This document shows, in pieces, positions 27,088 to 36,428 of a stretch of DNA of 64,000 nt. The stretch covers positions 383 through 64,382 of the forward strand of contig MHIM01000028.1 in assembly GCA_001817505.1 (NCBI GenBank), given 5' to 3'. Below the pieces are notes generated by a model. The model ran no database searches. It was not told where the DNA came from and was given only the letters and a program-made list of their open reading frames with translations. The position numbers and the translations under genes were made by a program. Each line of letters starts with the position of its first letter. The stretch's first letter is position 1. Origin of the DNA: Candidatus Buchananbacteria bacterium RIFCSPLOWO2_01_FULL_39_33 (GTDB lineage: Bacteria; Patescibacteriota; Patescibacteriia; 2-01-FULL-39-33).

Positions 27088-27408
27088 ATGAGCACGGAAA
27101 CAGCAGAACCAACGGTTGATGGCCAAGAGTATAATCTTAAAGATATCTTCAATTTTCAAGATGTTCCCGACGATGTTATTTTGCGGGCTATGATTATTGG
27201 AATGATTGTTTCTTCTTCTATCAGCACTGCCGAACGTAGGTGTAGAAGTTTCTGGGATTTTTCTGATGAAATTGAAAAAAATATCATGAGTAAAATCGGT
27301 CAAACTCCACCCGGTTTTGATCACTCCCTAACCAAGGAAGAGGCTGAAGCGATTTTTGCCTTTTTTGCTAATCCTACAGCACAGCTCTTATTTTTCAATT
27401 ACTTTTAA
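27088..27408 (+). CDS. Hypothetical small protein
   Basis: Strong GGGAGGAG Shine-Dalgarno lies 6 nt upstream of the ATG. Confidence 0.5.
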   Translation: MSTETAEPTVDGQEYNLKDIFNFQDVPDDVILRAMIIGMIVSSSISTAERRCRSFWDFSDEIEKNIMSKIGQTPPGFDHSLTKEEAEAIFAFFANPTAQLLFFNYF

Positions 27409-27410
27409 AC

Positions 27411-27441
27411 AAACCCAAAACCCACCGGTAAAGTGGGTTTT
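27411..27441 (+). terminator. Rho-independent terminator
   Basis: aaacccaccgg-taa-agtgggttttt. Confidence 0.6.
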
Positions 27442-27488
27442 TAAATTGGCTTATAATTTGTTACGTAGCCAATTACGTAACAAAAATA

Positions 27489-29690
27489 TTAAGATTGGCA
27501 ATCCTTATTAGTGCATTTGATGTTGCCATATTTGTCTTCGCTTAGCGGATAACCGCAATTTTCGCATTTTTGGTCTAAGGGCTTATTCCAACTGGCAAAG
27601 TCGCATTTAGGATAATTGGAACAGCCGTAAAATAAGCCCTTCTTGCTTCTTTTAGCGACAATGTCACCAGCTTGGCATTTGGGGCATTTAATTCCCAGAT
27701 CCTGGGCGGCTTCATTCTTGATGTATTTGCATTTGGGATAATTGGAACAGCCCTTAAACTCGCCGTAGCGTCCGGTTCGCAGTACCAGATTAGCTCCGCA
27801 GTCCGGACATTTTTCAGCTAATTTCTTCGGTTCGGCTTTTTCTTCAACTTGTTCGCTGCCGTTTATTTTTTTGGTATTTTTGCATTTGGGATAATTGGAA
27901 CAAGCCAGGAATTTGCCGAAACGCCCGACTTTAATCACCATCGGCGAGCCGCATTTCTCGCATTTGGCATCGGTTTCTTCCTCGGTAATTTCTTTTTTAG
28001 TTAACTCTTTTTCTTTGGCCATAAGGTTTTTATTAAAGGGTTCATAAAATTTTTTTATTATCGGCTGCCATTTTTTTTGGCCTTCGGAAATTTCATCCAG
28101 GTTCTCTTCCATTTTAGCGGTGAAGTCGTAATCAACAATATCCGAGAAATGCTTGACTAAAAGGTCGTTAACCACTAAAGCGATGGCAGTCGGTTTTAAA
28201 CGGCGATTTTCAACTCTTTCGGCATAGCCCCTGTCAATGACGGTGGCAATGGTTGGAGCGTAAGTTGAGGGCCGACCGATGCCTTTTTCTTCCAAGATTT
28301 TAACCAAACTGGCATCGGAATATCTGGCTGGCGGCTGGGTGAATTTTTGCGCTAGCTTAAGGGCGATTAATTTTGCCTTCTCGCCTTTTTTTATCAGCGG
28401 CAGGATTTCATCTTGGGTTGAGGTCGGATAAACTTTCAAGAAGCCGTCAAATTTAATGACCTGGCCGTTGGTTCTGAAAGTATACTTATCGTCTTGAGTG
28501 TTGATATCAATAGTTGTCGCTTCCAGCTTGGCGCTGGACATCTGGCTGGCCAGAGCTCTTTGCCAAATCAGCTGGTAAAGCTTGAATTGCTGATCATTAA
28601 GCGATCCTTTGATTGAGGCCGGAGTTCTAATAATTGAAGTCGGACGAATAGCTTCATGGGCTTCTTGGGCGCCGCGGCTTTTGGTTTTGAATTCCCTGAC
28701 ATTAAGATAGGTCTGACCCAATTCAGCTTTTAGATAATCGGCGGCCTCGGCCAGGAATTTTTTAGACAGAGTGGTTGAATCGGTCCTCATATAAGTGATC
28801 AAGCCGATTGCCTCGCCGTTTATTTCCAGGCCTTCATAAAGTTTCTGGGCCACCAGCATGGTTTGCTTGGCGGAAAAGTTAAATCTTCTGTTGGCCTCTT
28901 GCTGCAGGGTGGAGGTGGTAAAAGGAGCGCTGGGGTTTCTCTTGACTTCTTTTTTGACTGCCTCGGCTATATAATAATCTTGCAACTCCAATTTTTCTTT
29001 TAATTCCTTAGCCTCTTTTTCCGATTTAATCGCCAATTTATCCAGGGTCTTATTATTAACCTTTTGCAGCTTGGCAGTGAAGTCATTATTTCTAATGGTC
29101 TGCCAATCGCCGGTTATTTCCCAGTATTCTTCAATTTGGAAATTTTGTATTTCTCTTTCACGTTCAACTATCAATCTGACTACTACCGACTGGACTCGGC
29201 CGGCGCTTAGCCCGCGAGCCACCTTTTTCCATAAAAAAGGCGAAAGCTTGTAGCCCACCAGCCGATCCAATATCCGGCGCGCCTGCTGGGAATCAACCAT
29301 AGCCAGGTTAATTGTTCGGGGATTTTTCAAGGCCTCTTTGATGGCCTCTTCGGTAATTTCATGGAAAGTTATTCTTTTGGTTTGGCCAATCGGCGTTTTA
29401 AATATTTGAGCCAGATGCCAAGAAATTGCTTCGCCTTCGCGATCTTCGTCAGTGGCAAAATATATTAAATCGGCTCCTTTAGCCAAGGCGCTTAATTCCT
29501 TAACTCTTTTTTTGGCCTTGGCGGGAATGACGTATTCCGGTTCAAAATTATCATCAATGTCAACTCCCAATTCATCGGTTGGCAGATCCCTGATATGCCC
29601 GAAAGAGGACTCTACTTGGAAATCTTTAGCTAAGAATTTTGAGATGGTTTTGGCTTTGGTTGGCGATTCCACTATGACGAGATTTTTCAT
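27489..29690 (-). CDS. topA: DNA topoisomerase I with C-terminal C4 zinc ribbons
   Basis: Toprim N-terminus MKNLVIVESPTKAKTI. The active-site Tyr region is present. The C-terminus carries three to four CxxC...CxxC ribbons. 733 aa. Confidence 0.95.
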   Translation of the reverse strand: MKNLVIVESPTKAKTISKFLAKDFQVESSFGHIRDLPTDELGVDIDDNFEPEYVIPAKAKKRVKELSALAKGADLIYFATDEDREGEAISWHLAQIFKTPIGQTKRITFHEITEEAIKEALKNPRTINLAMVDSQQARRILDRLVGYKLSPFLWKKVARGLSAGRVQSVVVRLIVEREREIQNFQIEEYWEITGDWQTIRNNDFTAKLQKVNNKTLDKLAIKSEKEAKELKEKLELQDYYIAEAVKKEVKRNPSAPFTTSTLQQEANRRFNFSAKQTMLVAQKLYEGLEINGEAIGLITYMRTDSTTLSKKFLAEAADYLKAELGQTYLNVREFKTKSRGAQEAHEAIRPTSIIRTPASIKGSLNDQQFKLYQLIWQRALASQMSSAKLEATTIDINTQDDKYTFRTNGQVIKFDGFLKVYPTSTQDEILPLIKKGEKAKLIALKLAQKFTQPPARYSDASLVKILEEKGIGRPSTYAPTIATVIDRGYAERVENRRLKPTAIALVVNDLLVKHFSDIVDYDFTAKMEENLDEISEGQKKWQPIIKKFYEPFNKNLMAKEKELTKKEITEEETDAKCEKCGSPMVIKVGRFGKFLACSNYPKCKNTKKINGSEQVEEKAEPKKLAEKCPDCGANLVLRTGRYGEFKGCSNYPKCKYIKNEAAQDLGIKCPKCQAGDIVAKRSKKGLFYGCSNYPKCDFASWNKPLDQKCENCGYPLSEDKYGNIKCTNKDCQS

Positions 29691-29725
29691 TTGATCTGAG
29701 TTAATTTTTAGAGATAATTTTACTA

Positions 29726-30847
29726 TTATCTCTTAAGGTAGTGTTTGCCCCCGATGTCTTTTATCAGCCCTTTTATTTCCAACATCGTTAGAGCGCTTGA
29801 GAGGACATTAATATTAAGTTTACTCAATTGTTTGATTTTGTCAATGTGCAGCGGCTCTTTGGACAATAAATTGAAAACAATTTTTTCTTCTTCTTGACTG
29901 ATGGCCGGCTCATTTTTTGTTTCTTGGAGAATTACCTGGATGTTAAATTCTTGCAAAATGTCATCAGCACCGGTGATTAGCTTGGCGCCCTGCTTAATCA
30001 GATTATTTACCCCTTTTGAATTATGGCTGTAAATGCTGCCGGGTATAGCAAAAACATCTCGATTTTGATCCAAGGCGTATTTGGCGGTAATTAACGCCCC
30101 AGAACTTTCCGGCGCTTCTATGACCAAAACCCCTTTAGCCAAACCGGAGATGATCCTGTTTCTCATAGGGAAGGTATATTTGGTCGGAGCCGTGCCAACC
30201 GGATACTCGGAGATGACTGCTCCCTGGGAACTGATTATCTTATCAATTAAGTACCTATTGCTTGAAGGGTAGACAGAGGGCTGATCTGCTCCCGATCCTA
30301 GGATAGCGACTGTTTTGCCGTTGGCGTTTAAGCAAGCTAGATGAGCCAGGGCATCTATACCCAGCGCTAAACCAGAGATGATGGTAAGGCCTCTTTCGGC
30401 CAATTGGTAAACGATTTCTTCAGTGGCTTGCCGGCCGTAAGCGGAAAATTTTCTGGTGCCGACTACCGCCAAACAGATGTTGTTCAAGGCATCAATTGAG
30501 CCGCGCAGGTATAAAAGAGGCGGAGGATTATATATTTCTTTTAAAGCCCTGGGGTAGTTATCGTCTTTAATGGTGATGGTTTTTAAACCCTCTTGATTCA
30601 CCAAGTTCAATTCCTGGTCGGGGTTAATTTGACTTCTCCTGATTATTATTTCTTCAACTAAATCCTTATTAAGGCCGGCTGAAATAAGCTTATTGGCATT
30701 GGCCTGCCAAGCCGTTTTTAAGTCGTTAAAATAATTGGCCAATTTTTTGAAATTAATCGGACCGATTTTTTGGATTCTTGAGTAAGCTAGCCAGTATTTC
30801 AAATCAGAACTGTGTTCATTTTTATTTTCGCTGATTTTTTCCTCCAC
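29726..30847 (-). CDS. dprA: DNA-processing protein DprA (Smf)
   Basis: LAVVGTRKFSAYGRQATEEIVYQLAERGLTIISGLALGIDALAH is the DprA Rossmann-like core. Confidence 0.9.
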   Translation of the reverse strand: MEEKISENKNEHSSDLKYWLAYSRIQKIGPINFKKLANYFNDLKTAWQANANKLISAGLNKDLVEEIIIRRSQINPDQELNLVNQEGLKTITIKDDNYPRALKEIYNPPPLLYLRGSIDALNNICLAVVGTRKFSAYGRQATEEIVYQLAERGLTIISGLALGIDALAHLACLNANGKTVAILGSGADQPSVYPSSNRYLIDKIISSQGAVISEYPVGTAPTKYTFPMRNRIISGLAKGVLVIEAPESSGALITAKYALDQNRDVFAIPGSIYSHNSKGVNNLIKQGAKLITGADDILQEFNIQVILQETKNEPAISQEEEKIVFNLLSKEPLHIDKIKQLSKLNINVLSSALTMLEIKGLIKDIGGKHYLKR

Positions 30848-31069
30848 CTGATGAAGTTTATTTATCCGGTATTGACAATTTACCGGTTATTTGCTAAGGT
30901 CTAATATTGGTAAGGGTAATAACTGCTGTTCTGCCTGCTAGTTGATAGATCTGGTTGTCCCCCTCCTGGTAACTTGATTTATCGCCAATTATGATTTTAC
31001 TCTTAATGGGTAGAGTTATATACTAGTAGGCAGTATAGCAGCTATTATTTTTCGGACTTTTAAAACCAA

Positions 31070-31145
31070 GCGAGGGTAGCCAAATCGGTAAGGTGGGGGC
31101 CTGCAAAGCTCTTAATTGCCGGTTCAAGTCCGGCCTCTCGCTCCA
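31070..31145 (+). tRNA. tRNA-Cys (anticodon GCA), U73 discriminator, CCA encoded
   Basis: GCGAGGGUAGCCAAAUCGGUAAGGUGGGGGCCUGCAAAGCUCUUAAUUGCCGGUUCAAGUCCGGCCUCUCGCUCCA. Confidence 0.85.
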
Positions 31146-31149
31146 AACT

Positions 31150-31254
31150 TCAATATGAGGAGATGGATTTCTGACGATTACGCCTTTGGGTCAAGTGACC
31201 GTTTAAGTCGTCAGTGAAATCTTCTTGGGAGAACCCAAGCATCTCCTCTCCCAA
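31150..31254 (+). ncRNA. Candidate structured RNA of about 100 nt with a three-way junction and unknown function
   Basis: The closing helix pairs GAGGAGAUG with CAUCUCCUC. The enclosed stem CUGACGA/UCGUCAG contains the hairpin GGUCA-AG-UGACC. A further hairpin CUUGGG-AGAA-CCCAAG follows. Confidence 0.3.
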
Positions 31255-31343
31255 TTTACGGGGTGTAGCTTAAAGGGTTAGAGCCCCTGCCATGGATGGT
31301 ACATGGATGTGGGGGAGATGGTGGTCCAAATCCGCCCATCCCG
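31255..31343 (+). tRNA. tRNA-like gene with canonical acceptor, D-arm, T-arm and ACCA end, but an 18-nt anticodon loop holding a 7-nt direct repeat; pseudo-tRNA or noncanonical tRNA
   Basis: CGGGGUG/CAUCCCG acceptor. D-arm UAGCUUAAAGGGUUAGAGC. T-arm GGUGG-UCCAAAU-CCGCC. Anticodon stem CCUGC/GUGGG (two G.U pairs) encloses CAUGGAU-GGUA-CAUGGAU. Confidence 0.35.
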
Positions 31344-31361
31344 ACCAAACTGCCTCTTCAG

Positions 31362-31448
31362 TGCTTGAGTGGTGGAATTGGCAGACACAACGGACTTAAA
31401 ATCCGTTGGCTTAACAGCCGTGCGGGTTCAAGTCCCGCCTCGAGCACC
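31362..31448 (+). tRNA. tRNA-Leu (anticodon TAA), class II, CCA encoded
   Basis: GCUUGAGUGGUGGAAUUGGCAGACACAACGGACUUAAAAUCCGUUGGCUUAACAGCCGUGCGGGUUCAAGUCCCGCCUCGAGCACCA. Confidence 0.85.
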
Positions 31449-31514
31449 ACTGCTTTTTAAAAACAAGGAGGTAATTCAATGACAGAACACTGCCTGACTT
31501 TCCCCTCGTCAACT

Positions 31515-32081
31515 TTAATTATATTTGTTCATTGCGCTGTCAAGCGAAACAGACACCGTCTCTTCAACTGCTGAGGCGGTTTTTTTTATAATTTCTTTGG
31601 CTTGATGGGATTGTAGCCAGCCGATTTTTGTCAAAACATAATCAGCGCCGTCCATTTTTTCTTTTTTGGGGGTAGCCACGCCCAGCCGGATTCTAATAAA
31701 ATCCTGGGTTTTTAAATGTTGAATGATGGATTTAACGCCATTATGCCCGCCAGCTGAAGCATCTTTAACTATTTTTATTCGACCCAGAGGCAAATCAATG
31801 TCGTCATGGATAATGATAATGTCTTTAGCCCCTAATTTATAGTATTTGACTAAAATGCCCACTGCTTCACCGGAACTGTTCATATAAGTCGTGGGCTTGG
31901 CTAAGATAATTTTTTCAGCTTTGATTTGCCCAGTGGTAATTTCCGCTTTGAATTTTTTAGTTTCTTTAAAATCAGAAAAATTAAAATCGTCAGCCAAATT
32001 ATCAATAGCTAAAAAGCCGATATTGTGCCAGGTTTTTAAGTAAGCTTTCCCGGGATTGCCTAAACCGACTATAAGTTTCAT
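31515..32081 (-). CDS. pth: Peptidyl-tRNA hydrolase
   Basis: MKLIVGLGNPGKAYLKTWHNIGF is the canonical Pth N-terminus; 188 aa. Confidence 0.9.
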   Translation of the reverse strand: MKLIVGLGNPGKAYLKTWHNIGFLAIDNLADDFNFSDFKETKKFKAEITTGQIKAEKIILAKPTTYMNSSGEAVGILVKYYKLGAKDIIIIHDDIDLPLGRIKIVKDASAGGHNGVKSIIQHLKTQDFIRIRLGVATPKKEKMDGADYVLTKIGWLQSHQAKEIIKKTASAVEETVSVSLDSAMNKYN

Positions 32082-32176
32082 AATTTTAAAAAATTAAAAA
32101 TATAAAATTATAAAAATATAAAACAATAATATCAAATATCTAATATTTATTTTTAGGTTTTTATATTTTTACGTTT

Positions 32177-33610
32177 TTATTTTGTAGCTTTTAATTTAGC
32201 CACTGCTTTAGCGATATTTTCTCGTTGACCATATTTTTTATTCTCTTTGGCTTCAATGGACACGTTCCATTTTTTGGTTTCCATCTGGATCGGCGTGCCT
32301 AAAATATGGAATTTTTCCCTGATATTATTTTGTAAGAATCTGATGTAAGAAAAATGCAGGATTTTAGGGTCATTAACATAAAGCAAGAATCTGGGCGGCT
32401 TAGTGCCGACTTGCTCTATCTTATAGATATAAGGATTCCTCAAGCCGCGGCCCCGCGCCGGTCGGTGCCGGCTGATTTGGTATTTTAAGAATTTATCTAG
32501 CTGGCTTTTGGAGAGCTGGATGGCTTTTGATTTCTCAATATCAATTATCATATCTAAGATTTTTCTGGTCCGAACCCCATCTTTGGCGGAAACGAAAATA
32601 ATCGGCGCCCACCAAAGATAGGGGAATTGGTTGTAATAATAATCAACATATTGGTTGACGGTGTTGGTTTCTTTAGCGGGTATCAAGTCCCATTTATTGG
32701 CCACGATAATCAAGGACTTGCCGCTGTCTAAAATTTCCTGGGTAACTTTTTTGTCTAAAGCATCTATTTTTTTCTGGGCTTCCGTGACAAAAACCACCAC
32801 CTCGGCCTGACTGATGGTCTGGAGGGATTTTTCAATTGAGGCCCTGGCCAGCGTCTTATAGCCAACTCGGCTTTTTCTGACAATGCCGGCGGTATCAATT
32901 AAAATGAAATTATAATCTTTATAAGAGAATTCAATATCGTGTGATTCACGGGTGGTATGGGCGATATCAGTGACAATCACTCTTTCCTCACCCAAGATGG
33001 AATTTAAAATTGAGGACTTGCCGACATTGGGTTTGCCCACAATGGCCACTTTAATTTCCGGTTTCTTTTTTTCTGGCACTGACCGGTTTTTTCTTTTAGG
33101 CAGACGACTGACCAGCAAATCCAGCAAGTCGCCGCAACCCGAGCCATTAGCGGCGGAAATCATTTGCGGTTCGCCTAAATTAAGCGAATACAAATCTCCT
33201 GCCATTTGGTGGTATTTAAGAGAATCGGCTTTATTACCGACTAAAATCGTTCTGGACTTAGAACTGCTTTTGATAATTTCTCTAGCCAGTTCTTTATCGG
33301 TGGGTAAAACGCCGTTTTTAATGTCAATTAAAAAAAGCATCAAGTCAGCGTCGGCTATGGCTTTCTGGGCTTGTTTGACAATATTCTTTTCTATTGGCCC
33401 GGCCTGGCTGCTTTCAATATCCAAGCCGCCGGTGTCAATCAGAATAAAGTATTTTCCTTGCCAAGAAACTTTATCAATGTTTCTATCTCTGGTAGTGCCG
33501 GACAGGGGTGAAACCAAGGCTTTATTTTTTTCCACCAAACGGTTGAACAAGGTTGACTTGCCGACATTAGCTCGGCCGACGATAGCGATTTGCGGAAGTG
33601 TGGTTTTCAT
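32177..33610 (-). CDS. der: Ribosome-biogenesis GTPase Der (EngA) with tandem GTPase domains and a KH-like C-terminus
   Basis: Two P-loops: IAIVGRANVGKSTLFN and VAIVGKPNVGKSSILN. The start is taken at the internal MKTTLPQIAIVGR. The ORF track extends to 33673. Confidence 0.9.
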   Translation of the reverse strand: MKTTLPQIAIVGRANVGKSTLFNRLVEKNKALVSPLSGTTRDRNIDKVSWQGKYFILIDTGGLDIESSQAGPIEKNIVKQAQKAIADADLMLFLIDIKNGVLPTDKELAREIIKSSSKSRTILVGNKADSLKYHQMAGDLYSLNLGEPQMISAANGSGCGDLLDLLVSRLPKRKNRSVPEKKKPEIKVAIVGKPNVGKSSILNSILGEERVIVTDIAHTTRESHDIEFSYKDYNFILIDTAGIVRKSRVGYKTLARASIEKSLQTISQAEVVVFVTEAQKKIDALDKKVTQEILDSGKSLIIVANKWDLIPAKETNTVNQYVDYYYNQFPYLWWAPIIFVSAKDGVRTRKILDMIIDIEKSKAIQLSKSQLDKFLKYQISRHRPARGRGLRNPYIYKIEQVGTKPPRFLLYVNDPKILHFSYIRFLQNNIREKFHILGTPIQMETKKWNVSIEAKENKKYGQRENIAKAVAKLKATK

Positions 33611-33706
33611 AATAATTATAGTATCGCAAATAATTCTTCTTGGCAATTTAAAGTCAAACAAAAAGCCCGCCATTGAGACGGGTTTTTAAATGAATAAATT
33701 TCTATT

Positions 33707-34002
33707 TTATTTGTATCTTTTAATTATTACTCCGAAAAAGTCATTAGCGCATAATGGGCAGTGTTCACTTTCAAAAAATAAGCCACTAAGTGATTTAGGC
33801 CAATTGATATTGAATATATCGGCGATTTCTTGCGCTTTATCGCTAGAAAAACCTTGGACAAAACCGCAACTTTTACAGAAAGAGACGATGGCCGCTCCTT
33901 CACTTAAAACTTCTTTTATTTTTTTTCATCTAACTGATTTGCTTCATTAGCGGGTGCTTTAATTACTCGGCCCAAAAGAGAATTTTTAAGGTTATCTTCC
34001 AT
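33707..34002 (-). pseudogene. Small zinc-ribbon-like protein gene interrupted by a frameshift in an A8 homopolymer; possible sequencing error or slippage site
   Basis: The minus strand reads MEDNLKNSLLGRVIKAPANEANQLDEKK, then stops within gatgaaaaaaaataa. Adding one A yields the continuation ...IKEVLSEGAAIVSFCKSCGF...HCPLCANDFFGVIIKRYK, which has CxxC...CxxC pairs. Confidence 0.3.
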
Positions 34003-34009
34003 AATATGG

Positions 34010-34618
34010 TTACCTTGCTTTTTTAGAATACCCGGACTTTCTAACTTGTTTTTCTTGGAAAATTTCAATAATTTCTTGGGCGGTTCTGGCTATTAAACTC
34101 TGATAATCTTCTTTATCAATGTTCGGGTCAAGTCCTTCGGTTGGATATATTAGTAAAATATCAGTTTTCAATGTTGCCGGTTTTTCAACTGGATGAGTTT
34201 TTAGATCAATAGTAATGGTATAGGTAAAATCACCATCATCTATCTCAAAGAAAGCATCTATGTGGTGCAGATAATCCAAGGGTGAGCCGACGGCGGTAAA
34301 AAACCTTACCCGATTATAATCGTTAGGATAAACTCTTTCAACGATAGTGGCTTGAAGATCGTTGGCAAATCTTGGTTCCGGATCGCTGGGGTTACCGGGT
34401 TGGCTTTCTTGGACCAGTCGCAACGCTTCATTTCTGGTCATATAATTATGACCTTCTCGCCAGTTTTCAAATTCTACTGGTCTTATCACTTCTCCAAAAA
34501 TTTCTGATTCTGCCATTGATCCGGTCAAACCAAAATGAGGTTTTCCGCGATGTTTCATATTAGCCGTTAAATATTTATTTATGTTTTTTATATTATCATT
34601 TTTTAAAACTACTGACAA
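34010..34618 (-). CDS. Hypothetical protein
   Basis: 202-aa ORF; no recognisable motif. Confidence 0.5.
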   Translation of the reverse strand: MSVVLKNDNIKNINKYLTANMKHRGKPHFGLTGSMAESEIFGEVIRPVEFENWREGHNYMTRNEALRLVQESQPGNPSDPEPRFANDLQATIVERVYPNDYNRVRFFTAVGSPLDYLHHIDAFFEIDDGDFTYTITIDLKTHPVEKPATLKTDILLIYPTEGLDPNIDKEDYQSLIARTAQEIIEIFQEKQVRKSGYSKKAR

Positions 34619-34709
34619 TTATATTAGATGTTAGGGTTAAATCATCATTGACTTTTTTAAAAGGAAGTGTTAGGTTTTGATCAGCACTTTAACAATCAAG
34701 GAGTGAGTC

Positions 34710-34970
34710 ATGAACCATTTTAACAGGCAAGACCTTTGGTTTTTAGAACCGCTTGACGAGAGGACTAAAGCAGTTCTGGCTTCCAAGTTGTCCCAGGAAA
34801 ATTTTTCGAGGCAAATTGAGTGCGCTGACGGGCTAAAAAGAGATCTTTGGCAAGTCAGTAATTTGTTTATTATTAATTTGCAAGAAAATTGGCGAGCTTT
34901 CGGCCTGCATTTCAATATTTATGTCAAGCATAAAGACCGGCTGGCTGCCCGCTGGGAAATTGCTGATTAA
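34710..34970 (+). CDS. Hypothetical small protein
   Basis: AAGGAGTGAG Shine-Dalgarno lies upstream of the ATG. Confidence 0.45.
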   Translation: MNHFNRQDLWFLEPLDERTKAVLASKLSQENFSRQIECADGLKRDLWQVSNLFIINLQENWRAFGLHFNIYVKHKDRLAARWEIAD

Positions 34971-34984
34971 AGAGGAGAAAGCCA

Positions 34985-35323
34985 ATGTATTATTGCAGAA
35001 AATCGGACTGTCCGGGACATTTTTTAAGAGGTCAAACCTGTTTTATCTTCTATCCTTTAAGTTATCGTTGTAACGAAATTGGTTGCCCCGGTCATCTTAA
35101 AAAGGGTGAGAAATGTTTTCCTCATGTTTTTTATTGCCAAGAATTGGGCTGTCCGGGCCATCAGCGTTTAGACCAAGCCTGCTTGCCCCGGATCATTTTT
35201 TGCGGTGAAAAAAATTGTCCAGGCCACTACGGTTCTGGACGATGCTTGTATTATTGCAAAAAAGTAGATTGTCCCGGTCATCGTCTTCCCTTTAGCCAAT
35301 GTGCTGGCCGCCAATTGCCTTGA
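34985..35323 (+). CDS. Small cysteine-rich protein with five tandem repeats of about 22 aa, each containing C-x4-CPGH...C (putative metal-binding)
   Basis: Repeats: SDCPGHF, IGCPGHL, LGCPGHQ, KNCPGHY, VDCPGHR. Each is followed by GxxC and then YYC/FYC. AGAGGAGAAAG Shine-Dalgarno present. Confidence 0.55.
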   Translation: MYYCRKSDCPGHFLRGQTCFIFYPLSYRCNEIGCPGHLKKGEKCFPHVFYCQELGCPGHQRLDQACLPRIIFCGEKNCPGHYGSGRCLYYCKKVDCPGHRLPFSQCAGRQLP

Positions 35324-35554
35324 GATCAGCGGTCTGATTTTTAACTAACATTTTTCCAACCTCTTATTAATAAAGATAAATCAGTCCCGAACGTCAGAAT
35401 CGTTTGGGATTTTTTTATCCATTATTTTTAGGTTATAATTAAAACTATCAGTTTGGCATGGTTTTTTCGCCCCAAAGACCGAGACCTTATTATTCAGTGC
35501 AATTAGCCAATTATTTTGCTATAATAAAAATAACCTAAAAATAATTTCAAATCT

Positions 35555-36388
35555 ATGGATGATATGAGTCAAGCGCCTCCAATGGCGCCAGCTCCGGCTT
35601 ACACTTATACCGGTCCCAGCCAATTTGATTACAAAGACCGGCAAATCCATTATGAAATCAAAAAGCGTCACTGGCAAAGGTGGGTTTTTTACGGCTTGAT
35701 TTCGGTTTTGTTCCTGGGTATGACCGTTTACATTGTCAAAGTTTATAGTGATAACCTCAAGTTGGTCAATGATATATTAGCGGTTAATCAAAACTTGAAA
35801 ATCACTGTTGCCAATTTGACTGAATCGGAAAAGAAATTAGTTGAAAGGCAAAGGCAGATTGGCGAACTGGAAAAATCAATTGCCGACAATCAGGCAATTT
35901 TAGACCAAAAAACTGATGACTTAAAAAAAGCGACTGATGAACAAACCCAACTGATAAACAAATATCAGAATTTTAAGGTCAAACTGGGTTCGGCTGATGC
36001 CAATATCTATTCTTTTTTGATAAATTTCAGCACCGGCGTTTCGGCTGAAGATGTCGCTAAAATTCCCTTGGCGGAATATAATTTCGGCGGAGAAGATACT
36101 GATAAAGACGGCTTATCTAATGCCATTGAATCGGCTTTAGGCACCGATACCAGCAAAAAAGACAGTGATGGCGACAGTTTTGAAGATAAAGCGGAAATAT
36201 TAGCTGGCTATAACCCATTAGGAAAGGGCAAACTGCCAATTGACCAAACCTTTATCGCCCTGAACAAGGGTTTGATTCTGATTCAAGTGGAGCAAAATAA
36301 AGAGGCCTGGTATGTCAGCCCCAAGGACGGCCAGCGCTATTTTTTAGGCAGTCCGGCTGATGTTTTGACCGAAATTGAAAAATTATAA
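35555..36388 (+). CDS. Membrane-anchored coiled-coil protein with bacterial TSP3-type Asp-rich calcium-binding repeats
   Basis: N-terminal TM helix, a coiled-coil segment, then GEDTDKDGLSNAIESALGTDTSKKDSDGDSFEDKAEILAGYNP matching the DxDxDG...GTDP bacterial TSP3 repeat pattern. Confidence 0.55.
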   Translation: MDDMSQAPPMAPAPAYTYTGPSQFDYKDRQIHYEIKKRHWQRWVFYGLISVLFLGMTVYIVKVYSDNLKLVNDILAVNQNLKITVANLTESEKKLVERQRQIGELEKSIADNQAILDQKTDDLKKATDEQTQLINKYQNFKVKLGSADANIYSFLINFSTGVSAEDVAKIPLAEYNFGGEDTDKDGLSNAIESALGTDTSKKDSDGDSFEDKAEILAGYNPLGKGKLPIDQTFIALNKGLILIQVEQNKEAWYVSPKDGQRYFLGSPADVLTEIEKL

Positions 36389-36428
36389 TAAATTATAAAA
36401 ACAGCCGCTACCTCGGCTGTTTTTACAA

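Noticed and set aside
30860-30900. Possible sigma70 promoter (TTGACA ... TAAGGT) upstream of the tRNA-Cys operon
   Set aside because: Spacing and -10 quality are poor, so it is not reported as a feature.
32952-33689. 245-aa plus-strand ORF
   Set aside because: Antisense to the well-supported der gene.
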